Positions 9,709 through 21,438 are shown, counted from the stretch's first letter. The stretch: DNA of 64,000 bases from Spirochaetia bacterium (GCA_965198005.1 CBDAOI010000003.1:704001-768000), one strand, 5' to 3'. Program-made: numbers and translations. The notes: generated by a model not told the origin, from the sequence alone.

Positions 9709-10671
9709 TCAGTTGCGCGACGAGCGCGCCCGCACCGCTCGCCTGAGCGCCTTGCCCCCCTGGGCACCCATGCGTCCCACCCCGCCGCGCAGGCGGGGGT
9801 CGAGCAGGTCGCGCACCGCGTCGCCGAACATGTTGTAGCTGTACACCACGATGGTCAGGAAGATGCCGGGCCACATGGCCAGCCACGGCGCCACCAGCAT
9901 GTACTGGCGCCCCTCGCGGCTCAGCAGCCCTCCCCAGCTCGGAACGCTCACCGGCAGCCCGAAGCCCAGAAAGCTCAAGCTGGCTTCGGTGATGATGACC
10001 GTACCGATGGTGATGCTGAAGATGATGATGATGGGCGCCATCACGTTGGGCAGCACGTGGCGCAGCACCGTGTGCCAAAGCGAGCTGCCCACCGCCTGTG
10101 CGGCCTGGAAGTAGGCGTTCTCCTTCACCCCGATCACCGCGCCCCGGACCACACGCGAGTTGCCGATCCCGAAGGCCAGACCCAGCACGATGATGACCTG
10201 CAGCGCACCGGTACCCAGAATCGACATGACCGTCATGAGTAGAAGCAGTCCCGGAAAGGCCATCCAGGCATCGACGAATCTCTGCGTCACCAGGTCGAGC
10301 CGGCCACCGACGAACCCCGACAGCCCGCCGACGACGGTGGCCACCACCACCGCCACCGCGGTTGCCGCGAAGCCGACCAGCAGCGACACTCGCGCGCCGT
10401 AGATGTTGCGGCTCAGGAAGTCGCGTCCCACATGATCGGTGCCCAACAAATGCTCGGCCGAGGAGCCCTGCAGTCGCCGGGTCACCTCCTGGCGCTGCTC
10501 GGGGTCCGGTGCCAGAAACTCGGCGAAGATGCCCACCAGCACGAACAGCACGATGATGACGGCGCCGAGCAGGCCCAACGGCTTCTCCCGTACCAGGCGG
10601 TAAAAGAAGTCCGCAAGAGGGCCGCGCCGGCGTCCCGCTTCTGTGCCGACGGGATCAGCGATTTTGCTCAC
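9709..10671 (-). CDS. Peptide/nickel ABC transporter permease, DppC/OppC-like (module 1)
   Basis: LGTDHVGRD, RHVLPNV, EASLSFLGFG, GDAVRDLLDPRLRG. Confidence 0.93.
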   Translation of the reverse strand: MSKIADPVGTEAGRRRGPLADFFYRLVREKPLGLLGAVIIVLFVLVGIFAEFLAPDPEQRQEVTRRLQGSSAEHLLGTDHVGRDFLSRNIYGARVSLLVGFAATAVAVVVATVVGGLSGFVGGRLDLVTQRFVDAWMAFPGLLLLMTVMSILGTGALQVIIVLGLAFGIGNSRVVRGAVIGVKENAYFQAAQAVGSSLWHTVLRHVLPNVMAPIIIIFSITIGTVIITEASLSFLGFGLPVSVPSWGGLLSREGRQYMLVAPWLAMWPGIFLTIVVYSYNMFGDAVRDLLDPRLRGGVGRMGAQGGKALRRAVRARSSRN

Positions 10672-11395
10672 TGGTAGCGAATCCTCGGGTCCGGATAGGC
10701 ATACAGCAGGTCGATCAGCAGGTTGTTGAACAGGACGTCCGCACGTAGTCCTGCCGCAGCACCTCCAGCATCATGGTACGCGTCATCCGCATGGTGACGG
10801 CGGACAGGTAGGTGCCGAGGATGAGGCCGGGGATGATGAACATGCCGATGTGGGCCAGCGCATCCTCGCTGACGGGAAGCAGTCGGAGCGGTGGCGCCCA
10901 GCCCCACCAGGCGCCGGGAAAGATGAGGACCATGAGAGCCAGCCAGAAGTTGGGAGTGGCCAGCCCGAAGATGGCAACGCTGCGCCCGAGATAATCGCCC
11001 AGGGTGTCCTGGCGCAACGCCGAGCAGATGCCGACCGGCAGCGCGATCAGCAGGCCGATGCTCAGCGCCGCCGCTCCCAGCTCCAGGGTGACAGGCACTC
11101 TGCCAAGGATCTTCTCCTCCACGGGTGTGTGGCCGCGGAGCAGGGACTGACCCAGCGTTCCGCGCAGCAGGATGCCCGACATCCAGCGCACGTACTGGAT
11201 GTGCGCTGGCACGTCCAGCCCCATGATCTCGCGCAGCCGCTCCATGTCGATCTCGACCGCGGCGAACTCTTGGCGATGCGCCAGGAGGTCGGCGGCGTCG
11301 CCGGGCAGCAGGCGCACGGAAAAGAACACCAGCATGCTCAGGATGAACAGCGAGGGGATGAACAGCAGCAGGCGTCGAATGACGTACGTACGCAT
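10668..11395 (-). pseudogene. Peptide ABC permease, DppB/OppB-like (module 1), internal deletion
   Basis: MRTYVIRRLL...LRQDYVRT, then a jump to NNLLIDLLYAYPDPRIRY in another frame. Confidence 0.85.
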
Positions 11396-11449
11396 GGAAA
11401 CAGAAAGGTCTGGGGCCGCTCAGGCGGCCCCAGACCCAAAGGCAGGGAG

Positions 11450-12850
11450 CTAGTTGTATTCGGCCTTGGTCTGACTATCGATCCACAGTCGCGACCAGGC
11501 CTGGGTCCATCCGCAGTTACCGACACCCTGCTCACCGTTGTAGCCGACGACCCACGGCTGGCTAACGACGAAAGAGGGTACCCGCGGACCCCAGATGTAG
11601 GAGTGCTGCTCGATCGCGTACATATCGAGCGCCTTGGCGATGCGTCGCTGCTCGTCACCAGTGGCAGCGTTCAACTCATCGAACATGGCGTGATACTTCG
11701 GATCGACGATACCGCCGGGGAAGGCAGAGTTCTGGCGTAGACTCTGGAACACGTCGAAGAGAGACGAGTGATCAGCGCCAGCGGTTTGTGGCCACAATCC
11801 TTCGTATCCTTCTGAGATCCGCGCGTTGTAGGCCGCTGCGTCGACCGTTTTGATCTCGGCCTCCACGCCGATCTCCTTCCAGTAGCCGGCGATGAGCTCC
11901 CGGTAGCCGACGTCATGCGAGGGTCTGAGCAGGATCTCGGTCCTGAAACGGACTCCGTCCGCGCCGCGAGCGTATCCGGCTTCATCGAGCAACCGCTCGG
12001 CACCTTCGCGGTCGTAGGACCAGAGCTTCTGCAGCTCCCGAGGCCAGGTATCGAACGGGTTGGAGACGCCAAAGGGGGCCCACGCCGGCCCTGCCAGCCC
12101 CCACGGCTGCCACTCGCCGAAGCCGGAGAAGTAGCTGTCGTTGACCTCCTCCAGGTCGATCGCCATCTGCAGCGCGTGACGCACCCGAACATCGTCCCAC
12201 GGCGCCAGATCCTGTTTCATCGCAAAAACCTGCGTGGATCGAGCCACGAGCGGCCATAGTGCCAACTCTGGGTTGCGCTCCTTGAGATCCTTCAGGGTGT
12301 CGATCCCGTTGATCTGCGCAACACCAATCTGTGTGATATCACCCTGACGCGAGCGCAGCGCCGCGACCCTGGTGGCCTCATCGGCCGTCATCAGCAACAC
12401 GAGCCGGTCGACGTAGGGTTGGCGGTTCCCCGGGAACTTCTCGTCGTCCTTCCAGTAATCAGGGTTCTTGTCCAACGTCATCGAGACGCCGCTGACGTAC
12501 TCGTCGATGATGAAGGGCCCGGTGCCGATGACGTTACCGGGGTCGTCGAGCATGTCGAAGGTCTCCGGCGGGTACGCCCGGACCAGGCAGTCCTGAAACA
12601 TCGTAAAATGGGTGGTCGGAAACGGCTCCGACAGCTTGATCTCCATCGTCAGCTTGTCGGTGGCCGTTACCGACTCGAAAGGAATAGCGCCGGTCGTAAA
12701 CGTGAGCGCCGAGGGCCCCTTGTCGGCAAACTCACCGAGGCTTTTCAGTCGCCGGTAGTTCGCGGCCATGTCTTCGGCGGTGAACTGGCGACCGTTCACC
12801 GGCGGCTTGTCGTGGAAGAACACGTCGTCGCGGAAGTGGTAGATGTAGTA
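11450..12850 (-). pseudogene. Peptide ABC substrate-binding protein, family 5 (module 1), N-terminus deleted
   Basis: FHDKPPVNGR, VIGTGPF, KNPDYW, DVRVRHAL, SRLWIDS; no signal peptide. Confidence 0.88.
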
Positions 12851-13015
12851 CGGTATGCGGATATCGAGAGAGAGCTGCGAGCGTTGGACTCGCATCCGCT
12901 GCCACCGGCGAAGCTTTTCTCGACGCTACCAAGCACCCTGCGCAGTGGTCAACGAACTGAACGAACTGAACGAACTGCGCCTTCCGCGCCGGGTCTGTGC
13001 TACTATGCTGCGCTG

Positions 13016-15838
13016 ATGCAGATCGCCGTGGCCGCATCACGTCCCTTTCTCGCCAGCGTCGCCGCTAAACGCCGCGTCGTCGGCGTCGTCCTGCTGCTCG
13101 TCATCCTCGTGCCATTCGCGGCGCTGAACCGGCTCCCCAAGCTGGATACGGTACGCGAGGACCTCGGCGCCGCGCTCGCCCCCACCGCGCAGTGTTTTCA
13201 GGGGTTCTGCATCGAGGACCCCGACAGCGCGAGCGAACGGACCGGTTTCTTCGGCCGTTGGTGGCGATTCTCGGTGACCTACCTGCAGCTGGTTGCCATC
13301 GGGATGTTGTTTGCCTTTGCGGCCGCCGCCATTGCCGAGGCGTTCCTGGTCGCCGACGTGTCGGTGGGTGCAGGCCTCGCTACCGCCGACGTTCGCCCCG
13401 GGCGCTGGCGGCGCATCCTGAAGGGCATCGGTCTGGGCCCGGTGCTCAACTTGTGTTCGGCATGCATCGCTCCGGTGTCCAGCACGCTCCGGCGCGGCGG
13501 AATGGGAGTCGAGGGCGCCCTCGCGCTGGTGCACGGATCGGCCACGCTCAACGTGCCCTCACTGCTGATGATCGCCGTGGTCTTCACCCCCCTCCTCGGT
13601 GCGAGCCGGCTCACTCTGGGGCTGTTCGCGGCGCTTTCGCTGGGGCCCCTGGTCGCCTGGGCGACCCGCCGACGAGGCGAGGGTGGCGCGGGTGGCGCGA
13701 GTGTCGACGACGGCGCGAGCACCGAGGTCGCGTGCGAGGTACCGGTCGCGGTAACGGTAGCGGCGACTGCGACGTGGTCGGAGGTGCTGCGGACCGGCGG
13801 CGCGAAATGGCTGCGCTCGTTCGCGCGCCTGGTGCGGCGCATGTTACCGCTCATGATCGTGGCCGGCTTCGCCAGCGGCGCGGCCATCCAGGCGCTGCAG
13901 CCCGAGACCGTTACCGCCTACCTCGGCGACACCGTCCTAGGGGTCGTCATCGCCTCGACGCTCGGCGTTCTGATCAACGTACCGTTGCTGTTCGAGATCC
14001 CGCTGGTCGCGCTCCTGTTGCTGCTCGGCGCCGGCACCGCGCCGGCTGCAGCCCTGCTGTTCGCCGCCGCCGCCGGGGGGCCGGTTACCTTCCTCACGCT
14101 TGCCAAGGCGCTCGGTCGTCGCGGCGTCGCCGTCTACGCGGGCGGCACCTGGGCTATCGCCGTACTCGGCGGTGGCGCGGTGCTGCTGGTGGGGGCACTG
14201 CTTGGGCCCCAGCGGACGGCGCTGCGACTCGACGGTGGTGCAGCTACCGACCGCGCCAGCGTTGGCGCCGTGCCCAACTCCATCGTGCGCCACGTGTGCC
14301 AGCGAGCGGCGCTCTGCCCCGACCGGAGCGGCCTTCGTTGGCCGCACACCCCGACCGTCCATGGGCACTCCGTGGTGAGTGCCGGTGGCGCGGTCGGCGA
14401 CTTCGACCGCGACGGTTGGCAAGACCTGTTCGTGCCGTCGGGCGGCACCACGCCCGACCGGCTGTACATGAACAACGGCGACGGCACCTTCACCGATCGC
14501 GCCGCCGAGGCCGGAATTGCGGCCCGACATCACGGCTACGGGGCGGCCGTGGGCGACGTGGACAGCGACGGCTGGCTCGATATCTTCGTCATCAGCTATG
14601 GCACCGTAGACCAGCGCTTCACCATGCCCGGCAACCACCGGCTCTACCGCAACAACGGCGACGGCACGTTCACCGACATCGCCGCCCGGGCGGGGGTGGC
14701 TACCACCAGCCTCAAGCAGCCGACCGGCACCGGGGCCAGCTTTGGCGACTACGACCTCGACGGCGACCTGGACCTGGCCATTGCCTCGTGGTTCTACGGC
14801 GAGGGCGGCAACGCGCTGTTCCGCAACAACGGTGACGGGACGTTCGAGAACGTGACGTCACTGCTGCCATTCCAGGGCAACCGCGCCCCGATGGGGTATA
14901 CGCCGCTGTTCGCCGACATGGATGGCGACCGCTATCCCGAGCTGCTGTGGGCCGGCGACTACTTCACCAGCCGCTACCTGCGCAACGATGGTGGTCGCGG
15001 CTTCACCGACATCACCGCGCAATCCCAGACCGGGCTGGACGCCAACGGCATGGGCGCAACGGCAGCCGATCTCGACAACGACGGCAGGCTCGACTGGTTC
15101 GTCACCTCGGTGAGCACGCGGTTTGCGATCGAGAAAGCGCCGGGTACCGGGAACTTCCTGTATCGCAACCAGGGCGACCATCTCTACGAGTCGGTCGGCG
15201 CCAGCGCGGGGGTCGAGGAGGGCGGCTGGGGATGGGGTGCCGTGGCGGTGGATCTGGACCACGACGGCTGGCTCGACCTGGTGCAGACCAACGGCTGGGA
15301 GGGGCACAACAGCCGGGGCGATGCAGAGTGGCAGTCCGAGACCACCAGGGTGTTCCGCAACCTCACTGCCGCCTCAGCGGCGCTGGCCTTCGCCGACGTC
15401 GCCGAACAAGCGGGCCTGGTCCACCGCGAGCAGGGCCGAGGGCTGGTCCATCTCGACTATGACAACGACGGCGACCAGGACCTCGTCATCTTCAACAACG
15501 GCGGGCTACCCACGTTGGTGCGCAACGAGCTAAACCCCGGCAGCGACGGCAGCGACGGCAGCGAGCGCTGGCTGCGCGTGTTTCTGGATACGGCAGCGCG
15601 TGCGGACTTGGCGCCTGACGGTTTCGGCACATTGGTGGCCGTGCGCACCGGCGATACGCGTCAGGTGCGCTACATCGGCGCAGCGGCCGGCTACCTCGGT
15701 CCGTCGGAGCTGTCCGCCCACTTCGGTCTGGGCGCCGCGCCGGTAGTGGACGAGTTGCAGGTGCACTGGGCCGACGGCAGCACCTCCACCTTCCACCAGG
15801 TGCCCACCAACCGCACCCTCACGATCACAGCGCGCTAG
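13016..15838 (+). CDS. DUF318/ArsP-like permease fused to an FG-GAP repeat + ASPIC/UnbV (CRTAC1-like) domain
   Basis: Hydrophobic N-half with CSACIAPV; C-half with repeated GD(F/Y/V)DxDG(W/D)xDL and YRNNGDGTF; C-terminal HFGLG...VHWADG...NRTLTI. ATG at 13016 chosen within the ORF that opens at 12419. Confidence 0.85.
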   Translation: MQIAVAASRPFLASVAAKRRVVGVVLLLVILVPFAALNRLPKLDTVREDLGAALAPTAQCFQGFCIEDPDSASERTGFFGRWWRFSVTYLQLVAIGMLFAFAAAAIAEAFLVADVSVGAGLATADVRPGRWRRILKGIGLGPVLNLCSACIAPVSSTLRRGGMGVEGALALVHGSATLNVPSLLMIAVVFTPLLGASRLTLGLFAALSLGPLVAWATRRRGEGGAGGASVDDGASTEVACEVPVAVTVAATATWSEVLRTGGAKWLRSFARLVRRMLPLMIVAGFASGAAIQALQPETVTAYLGDTVLGVVIASTLGVLINVPLLFEIPLVALLLLLGAGTAPAAALLFAAAAGGPVTFLTLAKALGRRGVAVYAGGTWAIAVLGGGAVLLVGALLGPQRTALRLDGGAATDRASVGAVPNSIVRHVCQRAALCPDRSGLRWPHTPTVHGHSVVSAGGAVGDFDRDGWQDLFVPSGGTTPDRLYMNNGDGTFTDRAAEAGIAARHHGYGAAVGDVDSDGWLDIFVISYGTVDQRFTMPGNHRLYRNNGDGTFTDIAARAGVATTSLKQPTGTGASFGDYDLDGDLDLAIASWFYGEGGNALFRNNGDGTFENVTSLLPFQGNRAPMGYTPLFADMDGDRYPELLWAGDYFTSRYLRNDGGRGFTDITAQSQTGLDANGMGATAADLDNDGRLDWFVTSVSTRFAIEKAPGTGNFLYRNQGDHLYESVGASAGVEEGGWGWGAVAVDLDHDGWLDLVQTNGWEGHNSRGDAEWQSETTRVFRNLTAASAALAFADVAEQAGLVHREQGRGLVHLDYDNDGDQDLVIFNNGGLPTLVRNELNPGSDGSDGSERWLRVFLDTAARADLAPDGFGTLVAVRTGDTRQVRYIGAAAGYLGPSELSAHFGLGAAPVVDELQVHWADGSTSTFHQVPTNRTLTITAR

Positions 15839-15918
15839 GCTAGACCCGATCACGCTGCAGAACTTCTCCATCGTCGCAAGCCGGTGCCAGACTTATGAGT
15901 TATTGGTAAAATGGCTAC

Positions 15919-16130
15919 ATGAAGACCACGCTGGAGCTACCCGACGAGCTGATGCGCGAGCTGAAGGTTCGTGCCGCCATCGAGGGAAAGAAGCTGAGGG
16001 AAGTGGTGGCAGAGGCTCTCAGAGTGCGGCTGCTTTCGACGAGCCACGTGCATCCGGAATCGAGACGCGTCAGTGTGAAGACAGATCCCACAACCACACT
16101 TCCGGTGGTGGCTGCGGTTACAGATTCGCT
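15919..16130 (+). CDS. Ribbon-helix-helix VapB-like antitoxin (orphan; 3' end overwritten by module 2)
   Basis: MKTTLELPDELMRELKVRAAIEGKKLREVVAEAL. Confidence 0.7.
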
Positions 16131-16147
16131 AGCTGGGCGAAGCCGAG

Positions 16148-17078
16148 CTACGCCTGCTTCTTCACCGGCTCGCGGCCGAGGCGCCCCCCGCCACCCCGCA
16201 GCCGCGGGTCGAGCAGGTCCCTGATCGCATCGCCGAACATGTTCAGGCTAGTAGACCAGCACGGTAAGGAAGATGCCGGGCCAGAACGCCAGCCACGGCG
16301 CCTGCTCCATGTACTCGCGCCCTTCGCGGCTCAGCATCCCACCCCAGCTGGGAACCTCCAGTGGCAGACCGAAGCCGAGAAAGCTCAGCGAGGCCTCACT
16401 GATGATTACCGCACCGATGTTGATACTGAAGACGATGATCACCGGCGCGACGATGTTGGGCACGACGTGGCGAATCAACGTCATCCCCCTCGATGACCCA
16501 ATCGCCTCGGCCGCCTGAAAGTAGACATTCTCCTTGATGGCGATGACGGCGCTGCGGACCACCCTCGAGCCGCCGATGCCGCCGGTTACGCCGAGGACCA
16601 CGATGGTCTGCACCAGCCCCTGCCCGACGATGGACATGATGGTCAACAGGATCAGCAGTCCGGGTATCGACACCCAGGCATCGACGAATCGTTGGGTCGC
16701 CAGGTCGACCTTACCGCCAACGAATCCGGAGGCACCGCCGATCACCAGGGCGACCACGACGTTGAGGGCGGTCGCGGCCAGGCCAACGGTCAGCGAAACA
16801 CGCGCGCCGTAAATCAGGCGGGTCAGCAGGTCGCGTCCGACATGATCGGTGCCGAGCAGAAAGCGCGCCGAGGGGCCGCTGAGCCGATCGGCCAGGCTCA
16901 TCTCCAGCATTCCGTAGGGAGCCAGCACGTCGGCGAAGATGGCGGTCAGAACGAACAGCACGATGATGATCCCACTGGCGGTTCCCAGGGGTTTCTCCTT
17001 CCACAGCCGAGCGAAGAAGTAGGCGGCGCCGGTGCGGGTCTTCGGCTCGCTCACCGCGGTGGTCTGTCTGTCACTCAT
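16148..17078 (-). CDS. DppC-like permease (module 2), with a 1-nt insertion at ~16250 relative to its paralogs
   Basis: Near-identical to 29644-30573 and 33937-34866; CAGGCTAGTAGACC vs CAGGCTGTAGACC. Confidence 0.9.
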
Positions 17079-18027
17079 AGCGGATTCTCGGATCGAGGAA
17101 CCCGTACGTCAGGTCGATGAGCACGTTCCCCACCACGACGAAGCTGCCAAACAGCAGGTTGATTCCCGAGACCACTGTGTAGTCTCGGTCTTCGAGAGCA
17201 TTCAGCATCAGACGACCCAGCCCAGGCAGATTGAAGATGTTCTCCATGATGACCGAGCCGCCCACCAGGATGGGCAGCTGCAAGCCCACCAGCGTAATCA
17301 CCGGGATGATGGCGTTCTTGACCGCGTGCCGCACGACCACCGCCCGCTCCTTCAGACCCTTGGACCAGGCGGTGCGGACATAGTCCTGCCGCAGCACCTC
17401 CAGCATCATGGTGCGTGTCATCCGCATGGTGGCCGCGGCCATCGCCGTTCCCAGGATGGCGCCGGGAATGATGAACATCCCCAGGTTCCCCAGCGGGTCG
17501 GCGCTGAACCGGATGAGGCGCATCGGTGGTGACCAGCCCCACCAGATTGCCGGGTAGAGCATGACCATCACCGCCAGCCAGAAGTTGGGCGTTGCCAGGC
17601 CGATGACGGCAACCGAGCGTCCCACGTAGTCGGCGGCGGTATCCTGGCGGATCGCCGAGTAGATGCCCACCGGCAGGGCGATCAGCAGCCCGATCACCAG
17701 CGCCGTCACGCCGAGCTGAATCGTCACCGGCAACCTACCCGCTATCTTCTCGTTTACGGAGAAGCGGCCGAGCAGGGATTGACCCAGGCTCCCGTGCAGC
17801 ACGATGTCGCCCAGCCAGCGCGCGTACTGCACGGGAATGGGCTGGTCCAAGCCGAGCTTGCGCTCGAGAGCTTCGCGGTCGATCTCGCCGGCGGTGAAGG
17901 CGTACTCTTCCTGCATGGCGTCGATGACATCGCCGGGGATGAACCGGACCAGCAGAAAGACGATCATGCTCAGGATCAGGAGCGTGGGGACGATCAGCAG
18001 CACCCTTCTGATGACGTACGCTCTCAT
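17071..18027 (-). CDS. DppB-like permease (module 2)
   Basis: MRAYVIRR, LATPNFWL, LRQDYVRTAWSKG, DPRIRYE. Confidence 0.94.
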   Translation of the reverse strand: MRAYVIRRVLLIVPTLLILSMIVFLLVRFIPGDVIDAMQEEYAFTAGEIDREALERKLGLDQPIPVQYARWLGDIVLHGSLGQSLLGRFSVNEKIAGRLPVTIQLGVTALVIGLLIALPVGIYSAIRQDTAADYVGRSVAVIGLATPNFWLAVMVMLYPAIWWGWSPPMRLIRFSADPLGNLGMFIIPGAILGTAMAAATMRMTRTMMLEVLRQDYVRTAWSKGLKERAVVVRHAVKNAIIPVITLVGLQLPILVGGSVIMENIFNLPGLGRLMLNALEDRDYTVVSGINLLFGSFVVVGNVLIDLTYGFLDPRIRYE

Positions 18028-18065
18028 GGCAGATACCTGGCTGTTATCACGCGGCGTGCGGAGAT

Positions 18066-18100
18066 GAGAGGGGAGCCGGGATAGCGCCCGACTCCCCTCT
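18066..18100 (-). terminator. Hairpin between SBP and permease genes (also ~31563-31594 and ~35856-35899)
   Basis: AGAGGGGAG(T/C)CGGG...CCCG(G/A)CTCCCCTCT inverted repeat; no U-tract, so more likely an mRNA stabiliser. Confidence 0.5.
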
Positions 18101-18131
18101 AGGAGGTCACGATTGACTAGCGATAGCTGAG

Positions 18132-19904
18132 CTAGCCGCCCATTTCCCTCTTCAGCGCCTGATCGATCCAGAGACGGGCGTAGACGGCGTTCTTGTTCCA
18201 GACCCCCATGTAGAAGTCACCGTCGAAGCCCTGCAGCCACGGCTGGGTGACGTTGAACCATGGATTCAGGCCTCCCCACATGAAGATGTGGTTCTTGACG
18301 AGCCAGTAATCGGCCTCTCTCGCGAGCCGCTGATGTTCCTCCGCGGTGGCAGCCACTTTCAGTTGCTCGATCAGTGCGTCGTACTCCGGGTCACTGAGTC
18401 CTGGGACGTTGTTCGGGTGGCCCGACGACGTGGCGTTCAGAATTACCAGAGGGCGATACGGAGTGCCCTGACTCCAGTTGCCGATGCCGTCATACTCGCC
18501 CTTGCCACCCCCGAAGCTGGCCTGGAACGTAGGCCAATCCTGTTGCCGGATCTCGACCTGGACCCCGATCTCGGCAAGGTAGCCCTGGACGATCTCACGA
18601 TGCCCGATGCTCTGGGGGTTGGTGATCATGTCGCTGATCGTGAATCGGATGCCGTCGGCGCCGCGCGGATACCCGGCCTCGTCGAGGAGCTTCTCGGCAG
18701 CTTCCGGGTCGTACCGGTAGTACTGCCTGACCTCCTCGGGCCACTCAGCAAACGGAATCGCAAATCCGGTGGCGGGATTTATCGTCCCCATGGGTTCGGG
18801 CCGCATCCAACCCTTGTAGTAGGTAGTGTTGATGGTTTCGAGGTCGACCGCCATCTGTATTGCGTGGCGCACGCGGATGTCGTCGAAGGGTGGCTTGGTC
18901 ACGTTGAAGGCAGCGCTCTCCCCCGCCCGAAAATAGTACGGGTTCACCCTCAGCTCGGGGTTGCTCCGCTGCAGGCTGTCGATCGGGTCCACCGTCTGAA
19001 AGTGTCCCCGGCCGTTGTGAGCAAGGTAGTCGATCTGGCCGGTACGCATGGCCGAGATGCGTGTCGCTTGGTCTGGCATGATCAGTCTGACCAGCTCGTC
19101 GATGTAGGGCAGGCGGTTCTCGGGGTACTTCTCGTCGTGGCCCCAGTAGTCGGGATTCTTGACCCAGGTGATGGCGCTGCCGTCGACCCAGTCCGTCAAC
19201 ATGAAGGGACCGGTACCGACCAAGTTCCTCCAGTCGGCGACGTCGCCGTGCTGCTCGATCACCTCGGGCGCGTTTACGAACCCCATACTGTCCTCGATCA
19301 GCACCAACAGCGCATCGAGGGGTGGATCGACCAGCTTGACCTCGACCGTGTATCTGTCGGTGGCGGTGACCGATTCCCATGACATCCCGGGGTATCGGGT
19401 GTTCTTGTCGCTGGTGCGCCAGCGCGCGATGTTGTACACCACGTCGTCGGCCGTCAGCTCGCGACCGTTCATCGGTGCCTTGTCGTGCCAGCGAACGCCC
19501 TGCCGGATGTGGAAGATATAGGTCGAAGGGTCGGGGATGTCCCAGCTTTCGGCCAGAGCGCCGATAAACTGGTCCTCGAGCAGGTACTCGTTGGCGAGAT
19601 TGTTCACGCTCCGATCGATGCCCCAGTTGGCGATGCTGAGCTTCTCGACCACGCCGCTGGCGGCAGCTCCTGCCCCGATATCACCGACCATCGCGTCGGA
19701 GTTCGGAGGCTCCGACGAGGAGCCGTACGTCAGCGTCCCACCATACTCCGGTGCCGTGTACACCTTGCCGTTGGTGGGGTCGGTGACGTACTTCTTGTCG
19801 GCCGCGGCTGCCGCGCCGGCGCTATCGCTTTCGCCGGCGGCGAACGAAACGGTGGCCGCCAGCGCGAACGCCAGTGCCATCGATACGAATCTGGAAAAAA
19901 CCAT
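18132..19904 (-). CDS. Peptide ABC substrate-binding protein (module 2)
   Basis: GGAGG RBS; signal peptide MVFSRFVSMALAFALAATVSFA; APEYGGTLT, WHDKAPMNGR, LVGTGPF. Confidence 0.93.
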   Translation of the reverse strand: MVFSRFVSMALAFALAATVSFAAGESDSAGAAAAADKKYVTDPTNGKVYTAPEYGGTLTYGSSSEPPNSDAMVGDIGAGAAASGVVEKLSIANWGIDRSVNNLANEYLLEDQFIGALAESWDIPDPSTYIFHIRQGVRWHDKAPMNGRELTADDVVYNIARWRTSDKNTRYPGMSWESVTATDRYTVEVKLVDPPLDALLVLIEDSMGFVNAPEVIEQHGDVADWRNLVGTGPFMLTDWVDGSAITWVKNPDYWGHDEKYPENRLPYIDELVRLIMPDQATRISAMRTGQIDYLAHNGRGHFQTVDPIDSLQRSNPELRVNPYYFRAGESAAFNVTKPPFDDIRVRHAIQMAVDLETINTTYYKGWMRPEPMGTINPATGFAIPFAEWPEEVRQYYRYDPEAAEKLLDEAGYPRGADGIRFTISDMITNPQSIGHREIVQGYLAEIGVQVEIRQQDWPTFQASFGGGKGEYDGIGNWSQGTPYRPLVILNATSSGHPNNVPGLSDPEYDALIEQLKVAATAEEHQRLAREADYWLVKNHIFMWGGLNPWFNVTQPWLQGFDGDFYMGVWNKNAVYARLWIDQALKREMGG

Positions 19905-20391
19905 ACTGGTTCCTCCGCTCGGGTCGCCACGGGGCGACCCACTTGTGCGCTTGTTGCCGGCAACGCCGGCCGGTGTGGCTGGTGGATGGGGGAGATGCGG
20001 GGGGCTGGCCGAGGTGCTCGACCGGTGGATGTACGGACGCGTGTCCGCTGCCGTCCCGCGGATCGATGGTGCCGCGGTCAGCATCGCTGCCGAGCTGTCG
20101 GAACGGCGGGGCTAGGGGGGCTAGGGTGAGCGGTGAGCGGTGCTGGTCCCGCGACGCATCATGTCATCATACTCTCATACTCGCCACGATTGTGCAAGAG
20201 GAGAGGCAGTAATTCTACGACCCGATTACTCCAGGGCGGGTAGCGGTACCGGGGCGCCGGTGTCGAGGCTGCGATAGATCGCCGCCGCCGCTATCGGCCC
20301 CCGGCTGTCCGCCGCACCGTCGCACCGCCACCAACCGGCGCAGCATTTGGCGCAAGATTGGCGCAAGCCGTGGCGCAAGATTGGCACAAGC

Positions 20392-21438
20392 CTACACACC
20401 GGCAACGGACGGGCGGTACTCCAAGCGGCTCGTGCGCCCCGAGCGCAAGAGCAGGCCCTTGTCGACCAGGACCTTGAGGTCACGCTGCAGGGTCCTGCGC
20501 GGAGTTCCCGCACACAGCCCCTCGAGTTCGACGATGGTGGTCCGGCCGCCGTCAAGCACATGCCCCAGGATAAGTCCCTGGCGAGCCGTCAGGCCGTGCC
20601 GGCTGGCGAGCAGGTCGCGCCGGATGGCCAGTTCTCCTCGTCGCTTCACCTCCGTGAGCTGGGTAGCGAGTCCCTCGGTGAAGAATTCGATCCAGCCGGT
20701 CATGTCCATGTTCGCTTGACGTACGCCCTGAAGCGCTCCGTAGAAAGCCAACCGGTCGCGGTCGTAGTACTCGCTGATGGTAAAGAGTCGCTTGAAGTCG
20801 TAGCCGGCGCGGTAGAGACACAGCGTCGACAGAAGTCGGGAGGTGCGTCCGTTGCCATCGAGGAACGGATGGATGTGCACGAGCTGGAACTGGGCAATGG
20901 CACTTACGATGACGGGATGGATATCGCGATGACCGTTCAGCCAGGCCACCAGGGCGCGCATGAGATCCGGCACCTCGCCGGGCGGTGGAGGCGTGTAGAT
21001 CGTCTCACCGGTGGCCGAATTCACTACGTAGTTCTGCACTCGCCGGTATTCCCCCGGCGCAGCCGCACCGCCTCGAACGCCGTCTACCAGTTGCCGGTGG
21101 ATCTCGCGGATGAGCCGCTCCCTGATCGGTGTTCCTGCATTGAAATGAGTGCTCACGAACTCGAACGCACGGCGATAGTTCAACAACTCGCGCGCGTCGT
21201 CCGGATCGGCACCGGGAACCTCCTCTCCTCCCAGTACCCGCGCAGCTTCGTCGAGCGTGAGTCGAGTGCCCTCGATATGTGTCGTGTGATGCGCTTCGAG
21301 CAGGAAGGCTCGCGAGCGCATCGCACCGATCCAGTCCTCCGAAAGCGTGGCCGCCTCCAGGAATCCGCGAGCCCGCTCGATCTGCGTGAGAGCTGAGGCA
21401 ACGGCGTTCGTGATGGAGAATCGCGGAGTGAATGTCAC
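20392..21438 (-). CDS. Fic family protein with C-terminal HTH
   Basis: [31 protein letters not shown]. Confidence 0.93.
   Translation of the reverse strand: MTFTPRFSITNAVASALTQIERARGFLEAATLSEDWIGAMRSRAFLLEAHHTTHIEGTRLTLDEAARVLGGEEVPGADPDDARELLNYRRAFEFVSTHFNAGTPIRERLIREIHRQLVDGVRGGAAAPGEYRRVQNYVVNSATGETIYTPPPPGEVPDLMRALVAWLNGHRDIHPVIVSAIAQFQLVHIHPFLDGNGRTSRLLSTLCLYRAGYDFKRLFTISEYYDRDRLAFYGALQGVRQANMDMTGWIEFFTEGLATQLTEVKRRGELAIRRDLLASRHGLTARQGLILGHVLDGGRTTIVELEGLCAGTPRRTLQRDLKVLVDKGLLLRSGRTSRLEYRPSVAGV

Noticed and set aside
16248-16252. Programmed frameshifting in dppC (also the SBP at 37067 and brnT)
   Set aside because: Single-base indels relative to near-identical paralogs, with no slippery site; read error or recent mutation is simpler
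20347-21396. Long antisense ORFs (also 18288-19382, 36086-37300 and 13192-14835 in an alternate frame)
   Set aside because: Shadow frames of well-supported genes in GC-rich DNA
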